A stretch of 64,000 bases of DNA from the NCBI GenBank assembly GCA_965277685.1, contig OZ255830.1, positions 14,829-78,828 of the forward strand, read 5' to 3'. The number at the start of each line of letters is the position of its first letter. The first letter of the stretch is position 1. The notes beneath the pieces are model-generated. The model was not told the origin of the DNA and ran no database searches. It worked only from the letters and a program-made list of their open reading frames with translations. The position numbers and the translations under genes are program-made. The DNA is from Alphaproteobacteria bacterium (GTDB taxonomy: Bacteria; Pseudomonadota; Alphaproteobacteria; GM7ARS4; CBDIDI01). This document shows positions 9,344 through 19,281 of the stretch, piece by piece.

Positions 9344-11126
9344 CGGCCGCTTGCTTTTTGCCTGCGCTCTTTCGCTGCTGATTTTTGTCGCGTTTGATTA
9401 TTTCTATTCCCCAGGGAAAAACCCGCCGCCGGGCGTCGTTTCACAAGGGGCGTTGGAATCCGAAAGCGGCGGCTTGGATATTCCGATTCCGGATATCGAA
9501 AATACGGCGATCGACCATGCGTTGCAAAAAGCCACTCCCGAAGTTTTGGGAAAATCCGGACCGGCCCCCAGAATCGCCATTTCAACCCCGCAATTAGAGG
9601 GCAGTTTATCCTTGCGCGGCGCGGTCATCGATGACCTTGTGTTGCGCCGTTATCACCAAACGATAGAGGATGATTCGCCGCCGGTGCGGCTTTTGCACCG
9701 CCGCGGCAGTCCCAATGCGTATTACCTTCGCCAGGGATGGACAAGCCTGGCCAAGGGCTATGTTATGCCGGGGGCCGATACTCTGTGGCAAACCACGGAT
9801 CACACCCTTGGGGTCAACCAACCGGTGACGTTATCGTGGCGCTCGCCGCAAGGGCTTTTGTTCGAGCAAACCATCCATGTCGATGATCAATTTCTTTTTA
9901 CGGTCACGTCAAAGGTGATCAATCATTCGAAAAACACCGTGGCCGTTTCTTCCTATGGCTTGGTATCCCGTCGATCGGCCCCGAAAACCCAAGGGTTTTT
10001 CATCTTGCATGAAGGGCCATTGGGATATCTTGACGGTCAATTGCGCGAATATTCCTATGGCGATTTGCGCGATGATTCATCGGTGTCCCTCAAGAGCCAA
10101 GGGGGATGGCTTGGCATTACCGATAAATATTGGCTCAGCGCGCTGATCCCCGATAGCGAAACGCCGATTGGCGCGCGCTTTTTATATCTGCCGAAGACGG
10201 ATGTGTATCAAAGCGATTATATCGGTCCCATCCATTCCCTTGCCGCGAACGGCGAGGTTTCGGTGACATCGCATATGTTTATCGGGGCAAAGGTGGTTTC
10301 CATCCTTGATCGCTACCAAGATACGATCGGGGCCGATCATCTGGATTTAGCCGTCGATTTTGGTTGGTTCTACTTTCTGACCAAGCCGATTTTCTATGCC
10401 CTTGATTGGCTTAGTTTGTTTTTCGGCAATTTTGGTCTTGGTATATTGGCGTTGACGGTGGTCTCGCGCATATTGCTGTATCCGATCGCGAATAAATCTT
10501 TCGAGACGATGAACAGAATGCGCCATTTACAGCCAAAAGTCCTCGCCCTTCGCGAGCGCCTCGCCAATGATCGACCGGCCATGAGTCGCGAAATGATGGC
10601 ACTTTACCAAAAGCACAAGATCAATCCGGCCGCCGGGTGTCTTCCGATCATTATCCAGATTCCGATTTTCTTCTGCCTCTACAAAGTCCTGTTCGTGACC
10701 ATAGAAATGCGCCACGCGCCGTTCTATGGCTGGATTTCCGACCTTTCGGCGATGGATCCGACCAATCTTTTCACCGCCTTCGGTTTGCTGTCTTGGTCGG
10801 CGCCGTCTTGGCTTCATATCGGCATTTGGCCGCTTTTGATGGGCGCCAGCATGTTTCTCCAGCAAAAACTTAACCCGCCACCGCCCGATCCGATCCAGGC
10901 GCGGATTTTCATGTTTTTACCGATCGTCTTTACCGTTATCATGGCGTCCTTTCCGGCCGGTCTTGTCATTTATTGGACGTGGAATAACGTTCTATCGATT
11001 TTGCAGCAATGGTGGCTGATGCGTAAGATGGATGCGGCCCAAGAAGCCCAAGCGGCCGCGCAAAAGACCCAAGCGGCCGCGCTTAAAAATACGCGCGGTG
11101 GGGCGAAAAAATCAAAAAGGCGGTAA
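9333..11126 (+). CDS. yidC: Membrane protein insertase YidC.
   Basis: N-terminal transmembrane segment, a large periplasmic domain, and a C-terminal Oxa1/60 kDa core (ILALTVVSRILLYPIANKSFETMNRMRHLQPK...CLPIIIQIPIFFCLYKV). Confidence 0.9.
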   Translation: MDDNGRLLFACALSLLIFVAFDYFYSPGKNPPPGVVSQGALESESGGLDIPIPDIENTAIDHALQKATPEVLGKSGPAPRIAISTPQLEGSLSLRGAVIDDLVLRRYHQTIEDDSPPVRLLHRRGSPNAYYLRQGWTSLAKGYVMPGADTLWQTTDHTLGVNQPVTLSWRSPQGLLFEQTIHVDDQFLFTVTSKVINHSKNTVAVSSYGLVSRRSAPKTQGFFILHEGPLGYLDGQLREYSYGDLRDDSSVSLKSQGGWLGITDKYWLSALIPDSETPIGARFLYLPKTDVYQSDYIGPIHSLAANGEVSVTSHMFIGAKVVSILDRYQDTIGADHLDLAVDFGWFYFLTKPIFYALDWLSLFFGNFGLGILALTVVSRILLYPIANKSFETMNRMRHLQPKVLALRERLANDRPAMSREMMALYQKHKINPAAGCLPIIIQIPIFFCLYKVLFVTIEMRHAPFYGWISDLSAMDPTNLFTAFGLLSWSAPSWLHIGIWPLLMGASMFLQQKLNPPPPDPIQARIFMFLPIVFTVIMASFPAGLVIYWTWNNVLSILQQWWLMRKMDAAQEAQAAAQKTQAAALKNTRGGAKKSKRR

Positions 11127-11368
11127 TTCCCGATCGACAATATCCGCCCACAAGGGGGCGGGGGATAGCGTCGGGGATGGTGCAAAAAACTTTGGGAGAT
11201 GGCGCACGATACCCCCGCAAGGGGGCGGGGGATAATGTCGGGGACAAGCATCCTTTTCTTGCGAGGGATCCCGTTGTATCAATAGGCGGCAACGGTGAAG
11301 GATTGCGTAACGATCCTTGTCCGCCTTTGTTTTCTGTGCTTGTTTAAGCCGATTGATGTGCCACCCCG

Positions 11369-12292
11369 ATGGGATACGTGCCGCCTATGTCTTCTACGCC
11401 CCCGGTTGATCGGGACCAACTTGCCGCAAAGGGTGTCGCCCTGGCCACGGCATTGCCTTATATGCGCCAATTCAATGATCGCGTTTTCGTCATTAAATTG
11501 GGCGGGGCGGCGATGGAAAGCGCCGAGTTAGCGGAACTTTTTGCCGCTGATATCGTCTTATTGCGCCAAGTCGGTATTTACCCGATCGTTGTCCATGGGG
11601 GCGGGCCGCAAATCGAACATATGCTAAAGCGGCTAAAGATCGAAACCTCTTTCATCGATGGGCTTCGCATTACCGATCCGTCGACTCTTGAAATTGTCGA
11701 GATGGTGCTTAGCGGGAAAATAAACAAAACGATTGTCGCTTCGATCAATCGTGCCGGTGGCATGGCCCTTGGGATGTCGGGTAAGGACACGGGGCTGATC
11801 ACGGCGCGTAAGTTATCACGGCGGCAAAGGGATCCCGATTCCCATATCGAGAAAATCCTCGATCTTGGCCTTGTCGGGGAGCCGGCAAAAATCAACACCC
11901 ATGTATTCGAAACGTTGCGCCGTTCCCAGATCATTCCGGTCATTGCCCCGATTGGCGTCGACGAGGGGGGCACGACCTATAACATCAATGCCGATACCGC
12001 CGCCGGTGCCATTGCCGCTGCCGTTGGGGCAACGCGCCTTTTTCTGCTTACCGATACCAAGGGTGTTTTGGATTCTTCCGGTCGGCAGATATCCCAATTA
12101 CCGGTGGAAAGGGCACGAAGTATGATTCAAGACGGCACGGTTAGCGGCGGGATGATTCCCAAGCTCGAGACTTGTTTTAACGTTCTTGATCAAAACGTCG
12201 AAGGGGCGGTGATCATGGACGGGCGGGTTCCCCACGCGCTATTGCTGGAAATCTTTACCGAGCATGGGGCCGGCACCTTGATTCATGCGTGA
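11369..12292 (+). CDS. argB: Acetylglutamate kinase.
   Basis: VIKLGGAAMES...IVVHGGGPQI...GMSGKDTGLI...NINADTAAGAIA are amino acid kinase family motifs. Confidence 0.88.
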   Translation: MGYVPPMSSTPPVDRDQLAAKGVALATALPYMRQFNDRVFVIKLGGAAMESAELAELFAADIVLLRQVGIYPIVVHGGGPQIEHMLKRLKIETSFIDGLRITDPSTLEIVEMVLSGKINKTIVASINRAGGMALGMSGKDTGLITARKLSRRQRDPDSHIEKILDLGLVGEPAKINTHVFETLRRSQIIPVIAPIGVDEGGTTYNINADTAAGAIAAAVGATRLFLLTDTKGVLDSSGRQISQLPVERARSMIQDGTVSGGMIPKLETCFNVLDQNVEGAVIMDGRVPHALLLEIFTEHGAGTLIHA

Positions 12293-12348
12293 TCGATCAC
12301 GATCGATCACGAAAATATCTGACTTAAATATCCGATTGGGGAAATCTT

Positions 12349-13239
12349 ATGGGCTTTGAAAAAGAAAAAGAAATCATCGAACGGGCGTATGCCGACAGCG
12401 ACGATGCGTCAAAAACCGATATCGCGCAATGGCGCGAGTGCATCGATCACGTTTTCGCCTCTCTTGATCAAGGGGCGCTTTGCGTGGCCGAGAAAAACAA
12501 CGGTCAATGGATTGTCCATGAATGGGTTAAGAAGGCCATTTTGCTTTATTTTCGTTTCCATCCCAATCGGGTTATGGACAGCGGTGCCATCGACGGCGGA
12601 ATGATGGCCAGCTGGTTTGATAAGGTTGGATTGAAAAGCGCCGGTTGGGATAAGAAACAGTGGGAGCAAGCCGGTTTTCGGGCCGTTCCGGGCGCTTGGG
12701 TGCGCAAATCGGCCTATATTGCCCCAGGGGCGGTTTTAATGCCGTGCTTTGTTAATATCGGCGCGCGTGTTGGTCAAGGAACCATGATCGATACCTGGGC
12801 AACGGTTGGATCTTGTGCGCAAATCGGCCAAAATTGCCATATTTCCGGAGGTGCCGGAATTGGCGGAGTGCTGGAGCCTTTGCAAGCAACCCCTGTGATT
12901 ATCGAAGATCAATGTTTTATCGGCGCCCGTTCCGAAATCGCCGAGGGAGTCATCGTCGAGACCGGATCGGTCATATCGATGGGGGTTTATATCGGGGCAT
13001 CGACCCGCATTATCGATCGCGAATCGGGGAAAATCCATTACGGACGGGTACCGGCCTATTCGGTTGTTGTCGCCGGATCCCACCCCTCGTCATCAACGTA
13101 TTCTACAATGGCGGGGGGGGGGACGGCACCGTCATTATATTGCGCCGTTATCGTCAAGCGAGTCGATGCGCGAACCCGTGCGAAAACATCGATCAATCAG
13201 CTGTTGCGCGAAGACACCCCGACATCGATGGAATCATAA
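12349..13239 (+). CDS. dapD: 2,3,4,5-tetrahydropyridine-2,6-dicarboxylate N-succinyltransferase.
   Basis: Hexapeptide-repeat core [23 protein letters not shown]...[13 protein letters not shown] and a C-terminal [26 protein letters not shown] tail. A G10-11 homopolymer at about 13104-13122 encodes GGG. Confidence 0.85.
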   Translation: MGFEKEKEIIERAYADSDDASKTDIAQWRECIDHVFASLDQGALCVAEKNNGQWIVHEWVKKAILLYFRFHPNRVMDSGAIDGGMMASWFDKVGLKSAGWDKKQWEQAGFRAVPGAWVRKSAYIAPGAVLMPCFVNIGARVGQGTMIDTWATVGSCAQIGQNCHISGGAGIGGVLEPLQATPVIIEDQCFIGARSEIAEGVIVETGSVISMGVYIGASTRIIDRESGKIHYGRVPAYSVVVAGSHPSSSTYSTMAGGGTAPSLYCAVIVKRVDARTRAKTSINQLLREDTPTSMES

Positions 13240-13848
13240 CCGGATGACCTTGGCATAGCACCCCCCTTCAAAGTTAAAGATCCCGTCGTCCCCCCAGCCA
13301 TGTTCATCATCGCCGATCAAGGTGCGTGAAGAATCGGCACTAAGGGTGGTTTTACCGGTACCGGAGAGTCCGAAGAAAATGGCCGTATCGCCTTCCACCC
13401 CCATATTGGCCGAGCAGTGCATCGGCATAATGCCGCGTTCGGGTAGGATATAATTCATGATCGAGAAGATCGATTTCTTGATCTCCCCGGCATAGCTTGT
13501 TCCGCCAATCAAGATCAGGCGGCGCGAGAAATGGACGACGATAAAGGTCGATGAGCGGGTGGCGTCCGTTTTCGGATCGGCGAGGCATTCCGGTGCCTGG
13601 ATAACCGTAAAGCCGGGCGCAAAGGAGGCCATTTCGTCCGGCGAGGCACCATGAAACATATTGCGGGCAAACAAAGCGTGCCAAGCATGGGCGGTGATAA
13701 CCCGCACCGGCAAACGGCTTTGTTGATCGGCACCGCACCAACAATCTTGGACAAAGACTTCCTTGCCTTCGAGATGGCGGGTGACTTTGCCGCATAGATT
13801 ATCGAAATGGGCATTCGAGATCGGGCGGGGACAGCCCCCTTCCGGCAT
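13234..13848 (-). pseudogene. pckA: Phosphoenolpyruvate carboxykinase (ATP) remnant: only a central fragment of about 200 codons is retained. The N-terminal roughly 90 and C-terminal roughly 240 residues are absent.
   Basis: The ORF covers [31 protein letters not shown]...[23 protein letters not shown]...[62 protein letters not shown], which is the PckA kinase-1a region, then stops. Its 3' end overlaps the dapD stop and its 5' end runs into a tandem repeat array. Confidence 0.75.
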
Positions 13849-13854
13849 CCGCCG

Positions 13855-14096
13855 GGCTTACTCGGTGGGCTTATCCCGGCGGGCGGAATAGGAAAGATAA
13901 AAACGCCGGGCTTACTCGGTGGGCTTACTTGGCAGGCTTATCCCGGCGGGCGGAATAGGAAAGATAAAAACGCCGGGCTTACTCGGTGGGCTTACTTGGC
14001 AGGCTTATCCCGGCGGGCGCAATGGGAAAGATAAAAACGCCGGGCTTACTTGGCGGGCTTACCCCGGCAGGCGCAATAGGAAAGATAAAAAACGCT
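13855..14096. repeat. Tandem repeat array: four copies of a 54/67-bp unit.
   Basis: Unit ccgggcttactcggtgggctta(cttggcaggctta)tcccggcgggcggaataggaaagataaaaacg. The two inner copies carry a 13-bp internal duplication. There are no unique spacers. Confidence 0.85.
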
Positions 14097-15407
14097 TTAG
14101 CCCGGCGATGAATCAATCACTTTATCGGCGATCAGTCGATCGATCGATTGATCGTCCATTCCCAGGATATCGCGCAAGATTTCGCGGTTGTGCTGCCCTA
14201 AAAGCGGCGGCGGGCGTCGATAGGACACTTTTGAACGGGAATAACGGATCGGGTTGGCAATCACATCGATATGGCGTCCTTTTTTGCGTGGGTGATCCAT
14301 CGGCACCACCCGTTTGCGGGCGCGCACCTGGGGGTCGGCAAAAACTTGGCCGATATCGTTAATCGGCGAGCAAGGGACATTCACTTTGGTAAGGCCGTTG
14401 ACCCAATAATCAATCGGCCGTTGAATAATCAAGGGGTTCAATAATTTGGTTAATTGGCGGCGATGGCGCACTCTTTGCCCGTTATCGGCAAAGCGTTTAT
14501 CGTCGGTCAGGTGCGGACATTGCGCAAATCGGCAAAAGCGGGCAAATTGGGCATCGTTACCGACGGCCAGGACGATCATGCCGTCCCGGGCGGCGAATGT
14601 CTGATAGGGGGCGATGCTGTGATGGGCATTGCCGACGCGTTGGGGGATTTGCCCGGAAACCAGATAGCTTTGACCAAGATAGGATAAAAGCGACACCTGG
14701 GAATCAAGAAGGGCGCAATCGATCATCTGGCCCTTGCCGCTTGCCTCGCGTTCACGCATGGCACCCATGATGGCAATGGTGGCATAAAGTCCGGTCACGA
14801 TATCGCACACGCCGACGCCGACCTTCATCGGTTGGCCGGTGGATGTGCCCGTGACACTCATCAACCCGCCCAGAGCCTGGACCAAATAATCATAGCCACC
14901 GCGATTGGCATACGGCCCATCTTGACCAAAGCCGGTCAAGGAACAATAGATAAGTTTGGGATTATCCTTTGCCAAGCGTTGATAAGACAGGGCATAGCGA
15001 TCAAGAATACCCGCCCGAAAATTTTCAATCAGAATATCGCATTTCGCCGCGAGTTGCCGGGCGATTTTTTGCCCGGGTTTGCCGGTTAAATCCAAAGTAA
15101 GGGAGCGCTTATTGCGATTGACGCTAAGAAAATATGCGCTAAGCGGGTGGGCGTCTTCGTTCTCGTCCAGATAAGGGGGGCCCATAAACCGCGAATCATC
15201 GCCGCGACCGGGGCGTTCTATCTTGATAATATCGGCGCCGAGGTCGCCCAGAATCTGACTGCATGTCGGCCCGGCTAAAACCCGGGTTAAATCCAAAACG
15301 CGCACGCCCCGCAAAGGGCCGTTAGTGGGATCTTTTGCCGAGGTATCTGCCGGATTATCTGCCGGGGTATCTGCCGGAGTGGCGGCGGGCGATGGCGTTG
15401 AATTCAT
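14097..15407 (-). CDS. Family III CoA-transferase (CaiB/BaiF, formyl-CoA transferase-like).
   Basis: LRGVRVLDLTRVLAGPTCSQILGDLGADIIKIERPGRGDDSR... plus the central and C-terminal CaiB-family core. The N-terminus carries an ADTPADNPADTS repeat. Confidence 0.8.
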   Translation of the reverse strand: MNSTPSPAATPADTPADNPADTSAKDPTNGPLRGVRVLDLTRVLAGPTCSQILGDLGADIIKIERPGRGDDSRFMGPPYLDENEDAHPLSAYFLSVNRNKRSLTLDLTGKPGQKIARQLAAKCDILIENFRAGILDRYALSYQRLAKDNPKLIYCSLTGFGQDGPYANRGGYDYLVQALGGLMSVTGTSTGQPMKVGVGVCDIVTGLYATIAIMGAMREREASGKGQMIDCALLDSQVSLLSYLGQSYLVSGQIPQRVGNAHHSIAPYQTFAARDGMIVLAVGNDAQFARFCRFAQCPHLTDDKRFADNGQRVRHRRQLTKLLNPLIIQRPIDYWVNGLTKVNVPCSPINDIGQVFADPQVRARKRVVPMDHPRKKGRHIDVIANPIRYSRSKVSYRRPPPLLGQHNREILRDILGMDDQSIDRLIADKVIDSSPG

Positions 15408-15446
15408 AAAAAGGCGAATATGTGGGTCAAGGCGCGGCCCTGTCCG

Positions 15447-16664
15447 CTACTTGGCTTTTTCCAAACTTGCCAGCATACGCAGCCGCAATCCCTGGAGGCG
15501 GATAAATCCCTCGGCATCGCTCTGGTCATATTCTCCGCCGGACTCGAAGGTTGCCAGCGCGCGGTCATACAGGCTATTGGGCGAGCGCCGACCAAGAACG
15601 ATAACGTTTCCCTTGTGCAGACGAAGGCGTACCTCGCCATCAACATTGGCTTGGGATTGATCGATCATGCTTTGCAGCATCAATCGCTCGGGAGAAAACC
15701 AAAAACCGTTATAGATCAATTCCGCATAGCGCGGCATCATTTCATCTTTAAGGTGGGCGGCGCCGCGATCCAGGGTGATGCTTTCCAAAGCGCGATGGGC
15801 AACGGTCAGGACGCTTGCCCCGGGGGTTTCATAAACGCCGCGTGATTTCATGCCGACAAACCGGTTTTCGACCATATCGACCCGACCGATCGCGTGGGCA
15901 CCGGCGATTTGATTAAGATGGTCCAGCAAGACGGCAGGCGCCATTGCCTTGTCGTTGACGGCGACCGGATCGCCACGAACAAAACGGATGACGATTTCAC
16001 GCCCTTGGTCCGGGGCGTTATCAACGCTGACGCTGCGGCGGAAAATATCTTCATTCGGCGCGCGCCAAGGGTCTTCCAGCGATTTGCCTTCATAGGAAAT
16101 ATGCAACGCATTCGCATCCATCGAATAGGGGGCCTCGCCGTCGCCGTCGGCATCCACCGCGATTTTGTGCCGCCGGGCATAGTCGAGAAGCTTTTCCCGA
16201 CTGTCCAAATCCCATTGCCGCCATGGGGCAATGATATGCAAACCGGGGTCTAATGCCTGATAGGCCAATTCGAAACGAACCTGATCGTTGCCTTTGCCGG
16301 TTGATCCGTGGGAAACGCTGTCGGCACCGGTTTCTTGCGCGATCTCGACTTGGCGCTTGGCAATCAGTGGGCGGGCAATGGCCGTGCCGAGCAGATAAAC
16401 CCCCTCATAGAGGGGATTGGCGCGAAGCATCGGAAAGACATAATCGGCAACAAAGGGATGGCGCAAATCTTCGATAAAGATTTCCCGAACCCCCATCGCA
16501 AGGGCTTTTTCCTTGGCCGGGGCGATTTCCTCGCCCTGGCCGATATCGGCCGTGAAGGCGACAATCCGGCACCCGTAATGTTCCTGCAACCAACGCAGGA
16601 TCACCGATGTATCAAGGCCGCCGGAATAGGCCAGGACGACTTTCTTAATCGGTTCTTTAAGCAC
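15447..16664 (-). CDS. argG: Argininosuccinate synthase.
   Basis: [21 protein letters not shown], the [14 protein letters not shown] region, and the full-length ArgG body. Confidence 0.9.
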   Translation of the reverse strand: MLKEPIKKVVLAYSGGLDTSVILRWLQEHYGCRIVAFTADIGQGEEIAPAKEKALAMGVREIFIEDLRHPFVADYVFPMLRANPLYEGVYLLGTAIARPLIAKRQVEIAQETGADSVSHGSTGKGNDQVRFELAYQALDPGLHIIAPWRQWDLDSREKLLDYARRHKIAVDADGDGEAPYSMDANALHISYEGKSLEDPWRAPNEDIFRRSVSVDNAPDQGREIVIRFVRGDPVAVNDKAMAPAVLLDHLNQIAGAHAIGRVDMVENRFVGMKSRGVYETPGASVLTVAHRALESITLDRGAAHLKDEMMPRYAELIYNGFWFSPERLMLQSMIDQSQANVDGEVRLRLHKGNVIVLGRRSPNSLYDRALATFESGGEYDQSDAEGFIRLQGLRLRMLASLEKAK

Positions 16665-16730
16665 TATAGATGGCCTTTTGATGGGATGGATGGCCTTTTG
16701 ATGGGCATTTCATCCCGGGTGATGGAAGAA

Positions 16731-17261
16731 TCATGAAGACGATTTTTTAAATGGACATTGCTTTTTCGCGGCGTTCCAAGCCTTGCTAAATCCACTAAGA
16801 GAAAAGCGATCCAGGGTCTTTGTCCCGCGCGACGACGTGCCGTGGATAACGGCGTTTAGCCCGCGTTGCATGGCTTTGACGATGGCCGCATCGGCCTTGG
16901 CATCCTGACTCCACGCGCGTTCGCCCGAAGGAAGAAGCGTAAAGGATTTGCCGTCAATCACAAGTTTTGGCGCGACATTTTCCCGATAGGGATAACCGGC
17001 AACGATACTCATCTCGCCTTTGCGGTTCTGGCTTGGAATGCGACTGATCAAAAGATGCACGTCACCGCGGCGGGTGTATTTTCCTTCCGACTTTTTCGGT
17101 CGCGAGGATAAAATGCAGATACGTGGGTTGTCTTTTTGCAGCCAAACGTTCCAATCCTTGAATGTTTCGATATGGGTGCGTGTATCCTTGCCGTTTCCGG
17201 GCATTGGCACCAGAATAAGGACAAGGACGCAAATCGATATCGTGAAAGAATGAAAAAACAT
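16731..17261 (-). CDS. Invasion-associated locus B (IalB) family secreted protein.
   Basis: Signal peptide followed by TFKDWNVWLQKD...GDVHLLISRIPSQ...KLVIDGKSFTL..., typical of IalB. Confidence 0.7.
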   Translation of the reverse strand: MFFHSFTISICVLVLILVPMPGNGKDTRTHIETFKDWNVWLQKDNPRICILSSRPKKSEGKYTRRGDVHLLISRIPSQNRKGEMSIVAGYPYRENVAPKLVIDGKSFTLLPSGERAWSQDAKADAAIVKAMQRGLNAVIHGTSSRGTKTLDRFSLSGFSKAWNAAKKQCPFKKSSS

Positions 17262-17556
17262 GATCGCAATAAAAGATTTTACAGCCGGATAACCATTGGT
17301 TTCAACCTATGAGAAGAACGGTGTCGAGACAACCCCATATTCCCCCTTTGGTGAAAATCTTTTTCCGATCCGGCCATGTGACCCCAAATAGATACGCCAA
17401 ATGGATGTCCCCAAATGGATAAACCAGGGTTCACGTCTTGGGTCGATGGCCCAAACTGATGCCCCGAATGCTCCAAATGCCCAAATGCTCCAAATGGATA
17501 CGCCCCAAATGGATAGGTATCCCCTATGATCATTATTTCCCTATGATCATTACTTA

Positions 17557-18594
17557 ATGTCGGTCGGCCACGATCTTGCACGGCGCATGGCGCGCCTGTT
17601 TCGTTTGCGTCCAAGCGCGGTCGGTTGGCAGTTATTGTCGATATTTTGCCTGGCGACGATGGCCGCTTTGGTGAAATTGCTTGGCGCGAGTCAATCATTC
17701 CAGGAAATTGTTTTATATCGCTCTTGGCTTGGATGGATCTTGCTTTTACCCCTCTTTGGATGGCGAGTCCGACCCTGGGGCAGGGCGCATGCCACCGATC
17801 CTCAAAACAATAAAGACACGGGGCGCAATCCCGCCGCCCCCGTCCGCATCGGTATCGGCGGGCATATGGGGGTGCGCGCGCAAAAGCGAAGCCCTTGGGC
17901 CCTGGCCGGCAGTCGGGTTATCATCCTTCGCGCTTTTTTCAATATTGCCGCCTTGCTTTGCGGTTTTTATGCGGTGATTCACATCCCGTTGACCGTGTCG
18001 GCGACCATTTCCTTTTCCCGCACATTTTACGTCATCATCCTTGGCGCGTTGGTCCTGGGCGATCCGGTCCACAGACGGCATTGGCTGGCCGCGCTGATAG
18101 GATTTATCGGCATTATCGTGCTGCTTCGACCCGGCATCGGCGATGCCTATATGGATATCGGCATTGCCTTTTCCCTTGCCGGCGCGTTTTTTGTCGCTTG
18201 CGGCACGGTCGCCACCCGTTTTTTAAGCCAGCGGCAAGAGGCCCTATCGATTCTTTTCTGGAACGGTTTTTATGTTGCTCTGTTGGCTTTGCCCTTAATC
18301 GCTTGGCACCAACACGGTCTTGATCCGATCGACGCGCTGATGATGGTGATGATTACCCTTGCCGGAATGGCCGGCCAGTTCTGCAATATCATATCGCTCG
18401 GCAAAGCCAGCATCGGTGACATGGCACCCTATTCCTACCTGCGGGTTTTATTTGCCTCGGTCTATGGTTATTTTTTCTTTTCTTACGTTCCGGATTTATG
18501 GACGTGGATTGGCGCATTGATTATTATCGGCGCAAATATTTACGCAAGCCGCAGTGACACCATCCCCCGGCGCGGACTAACCACCGGCGACTGA
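17557..18594 (+). CDS. DMT superfamily (EamA-like) permease; start uncertain.
   Basis: About 10 predicted transmembrane segments and duplicated EamA-like halves (LLRPGIG...); a hydrophilic insert lies after the second transmembrane segment. Confidence 0.65.
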   Translation: MSVGHDLARRMARLFRLRPSAVGWQLLSIFCLATMAALVKLLGASQSFQEIVLYRSWLGWILLLPLFGWRVRPWGRAHATDPQNNKDTGRNPAAPVRIGIGGHMGVRAQKRSPWALAGSRVIILRAFFNIAALLCGFYAVIHIPLTVSATISFSRTFYVIILGALVLGDPVHRRHWLAALIGFIGIIVLLRPGIGDAYMDIGIAFSLAGAFFVACGTVATRFLSQRQEALSILFWNGFYVALLALPLIAWHQHGLDPIDALMMVMITLAGMAGQFCNIISLGKASIGDMAPYSYLRVLFASVYGYFFFSYVPDLWTWIGALIIIGANIYASRSDTIPRRGLTTGD

Positions 18595-18670
18595 TATTGC
18601 CCCCATAAACGGATGGGGTATGCGGTGTGGGCAAGCGCGCAGGCATAAAAGATCAAACACGGATAGAAAC

Positions 18671-19249
18671 ATGAATCCTCATAAAGACACGGATCATCAT
18701 CGATCATCGGCGGCCCATGGCATTCTTTTCATCTGTACCGGTAATATCTGCCGGTCACCAACGGCCGAGGCCGTGCTTGCCCATATGCTCGATCGGGATC
18801 GGCAATTATCGCCCCTTGTCCGTGACGGGCGCATCGTGATCGATTCGGCCGGGATTAGTAATTACCATGAAGGGGAAGTGGTCGATCAACGTTCGATGGA
18901 TGTCGCGGCCCGTTCGGGATATGACATGTCGCCATTGCGCTCACGCATGTTTCGTCCGGATGATTTCGATCGTTTTTCCGACCTGATTGCCATGGGCGGC
19001 GATCATTTGACCCATATGCAATCAATGTCCCGGGCAATGTCCCGGGCAATATCCCGGGATACGCACCGATCCCTGCCGCAACGGGTGCGCATGCGATTGT
19101 TTATGGATTTTCCCGGCGGTTCCGGCGGGGATGTTCCCGATCCTTATTACGGTGGATCCCAAGGATTTGATCAGGTGCTTGCGATGATCGAAGACGGCTG
19201 CGGTGCCATCGTCCGTGAACTGCGCGCGCGTTTTATCCCGACCGATTGA
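18671..19249 (+). CDS. Low-molecular-weight protein-tyrosine-phosphatase.
   Basis: ILFICTGNICRSPTAEAV P-loop (CX5R) and a downstream DP motif; a small MSRA tandem peptide repeat. Confidence 0.8.
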   Translation: MNPHKDTDHHRSSAAHGILFICTGNICRSPTAEAVLAHMLDRDRQLSPLVRDGRIVIDSAGISNYHEGEVVDQRSMDVAARSGYDMSPLRSRMFRPDDFDRFSDLIAMGGDHLTHMQSMSRAMSRAISRDTHRSLPQRVRMRLFMDFPGGSGGDVPDPYYGGSQGFDQVLAMIEDGCGAIVRELRARFIPTD

Positions 19250-19281
19250 CGCCATTTTCGCAATTTTTTTTGATTATCGCG

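Noticed and set aside
13855-14096. Possible CRISPR array (regular direct repeats).
   Set aside because: The copies are contiguous with no unique spacers, and the unit of 54 to 67 bp is too long. The same applies to the arrays at 29540-30105 and 38990-39125. No cas genes are present in the window.
17279-17698. 139-aa minus-strand ORF upstream of the DMT transporter.
   Set aside because: It overlaps a cluster of short tandem repeats (ccaaatgga…, cctatgatcatta…) and the 5' end of the transporter ORF. Its translation is low-complexity (YPFGAYPFGAFG, SIWGHPFGVSIWGH). It is probably non-coding repeat DNA.
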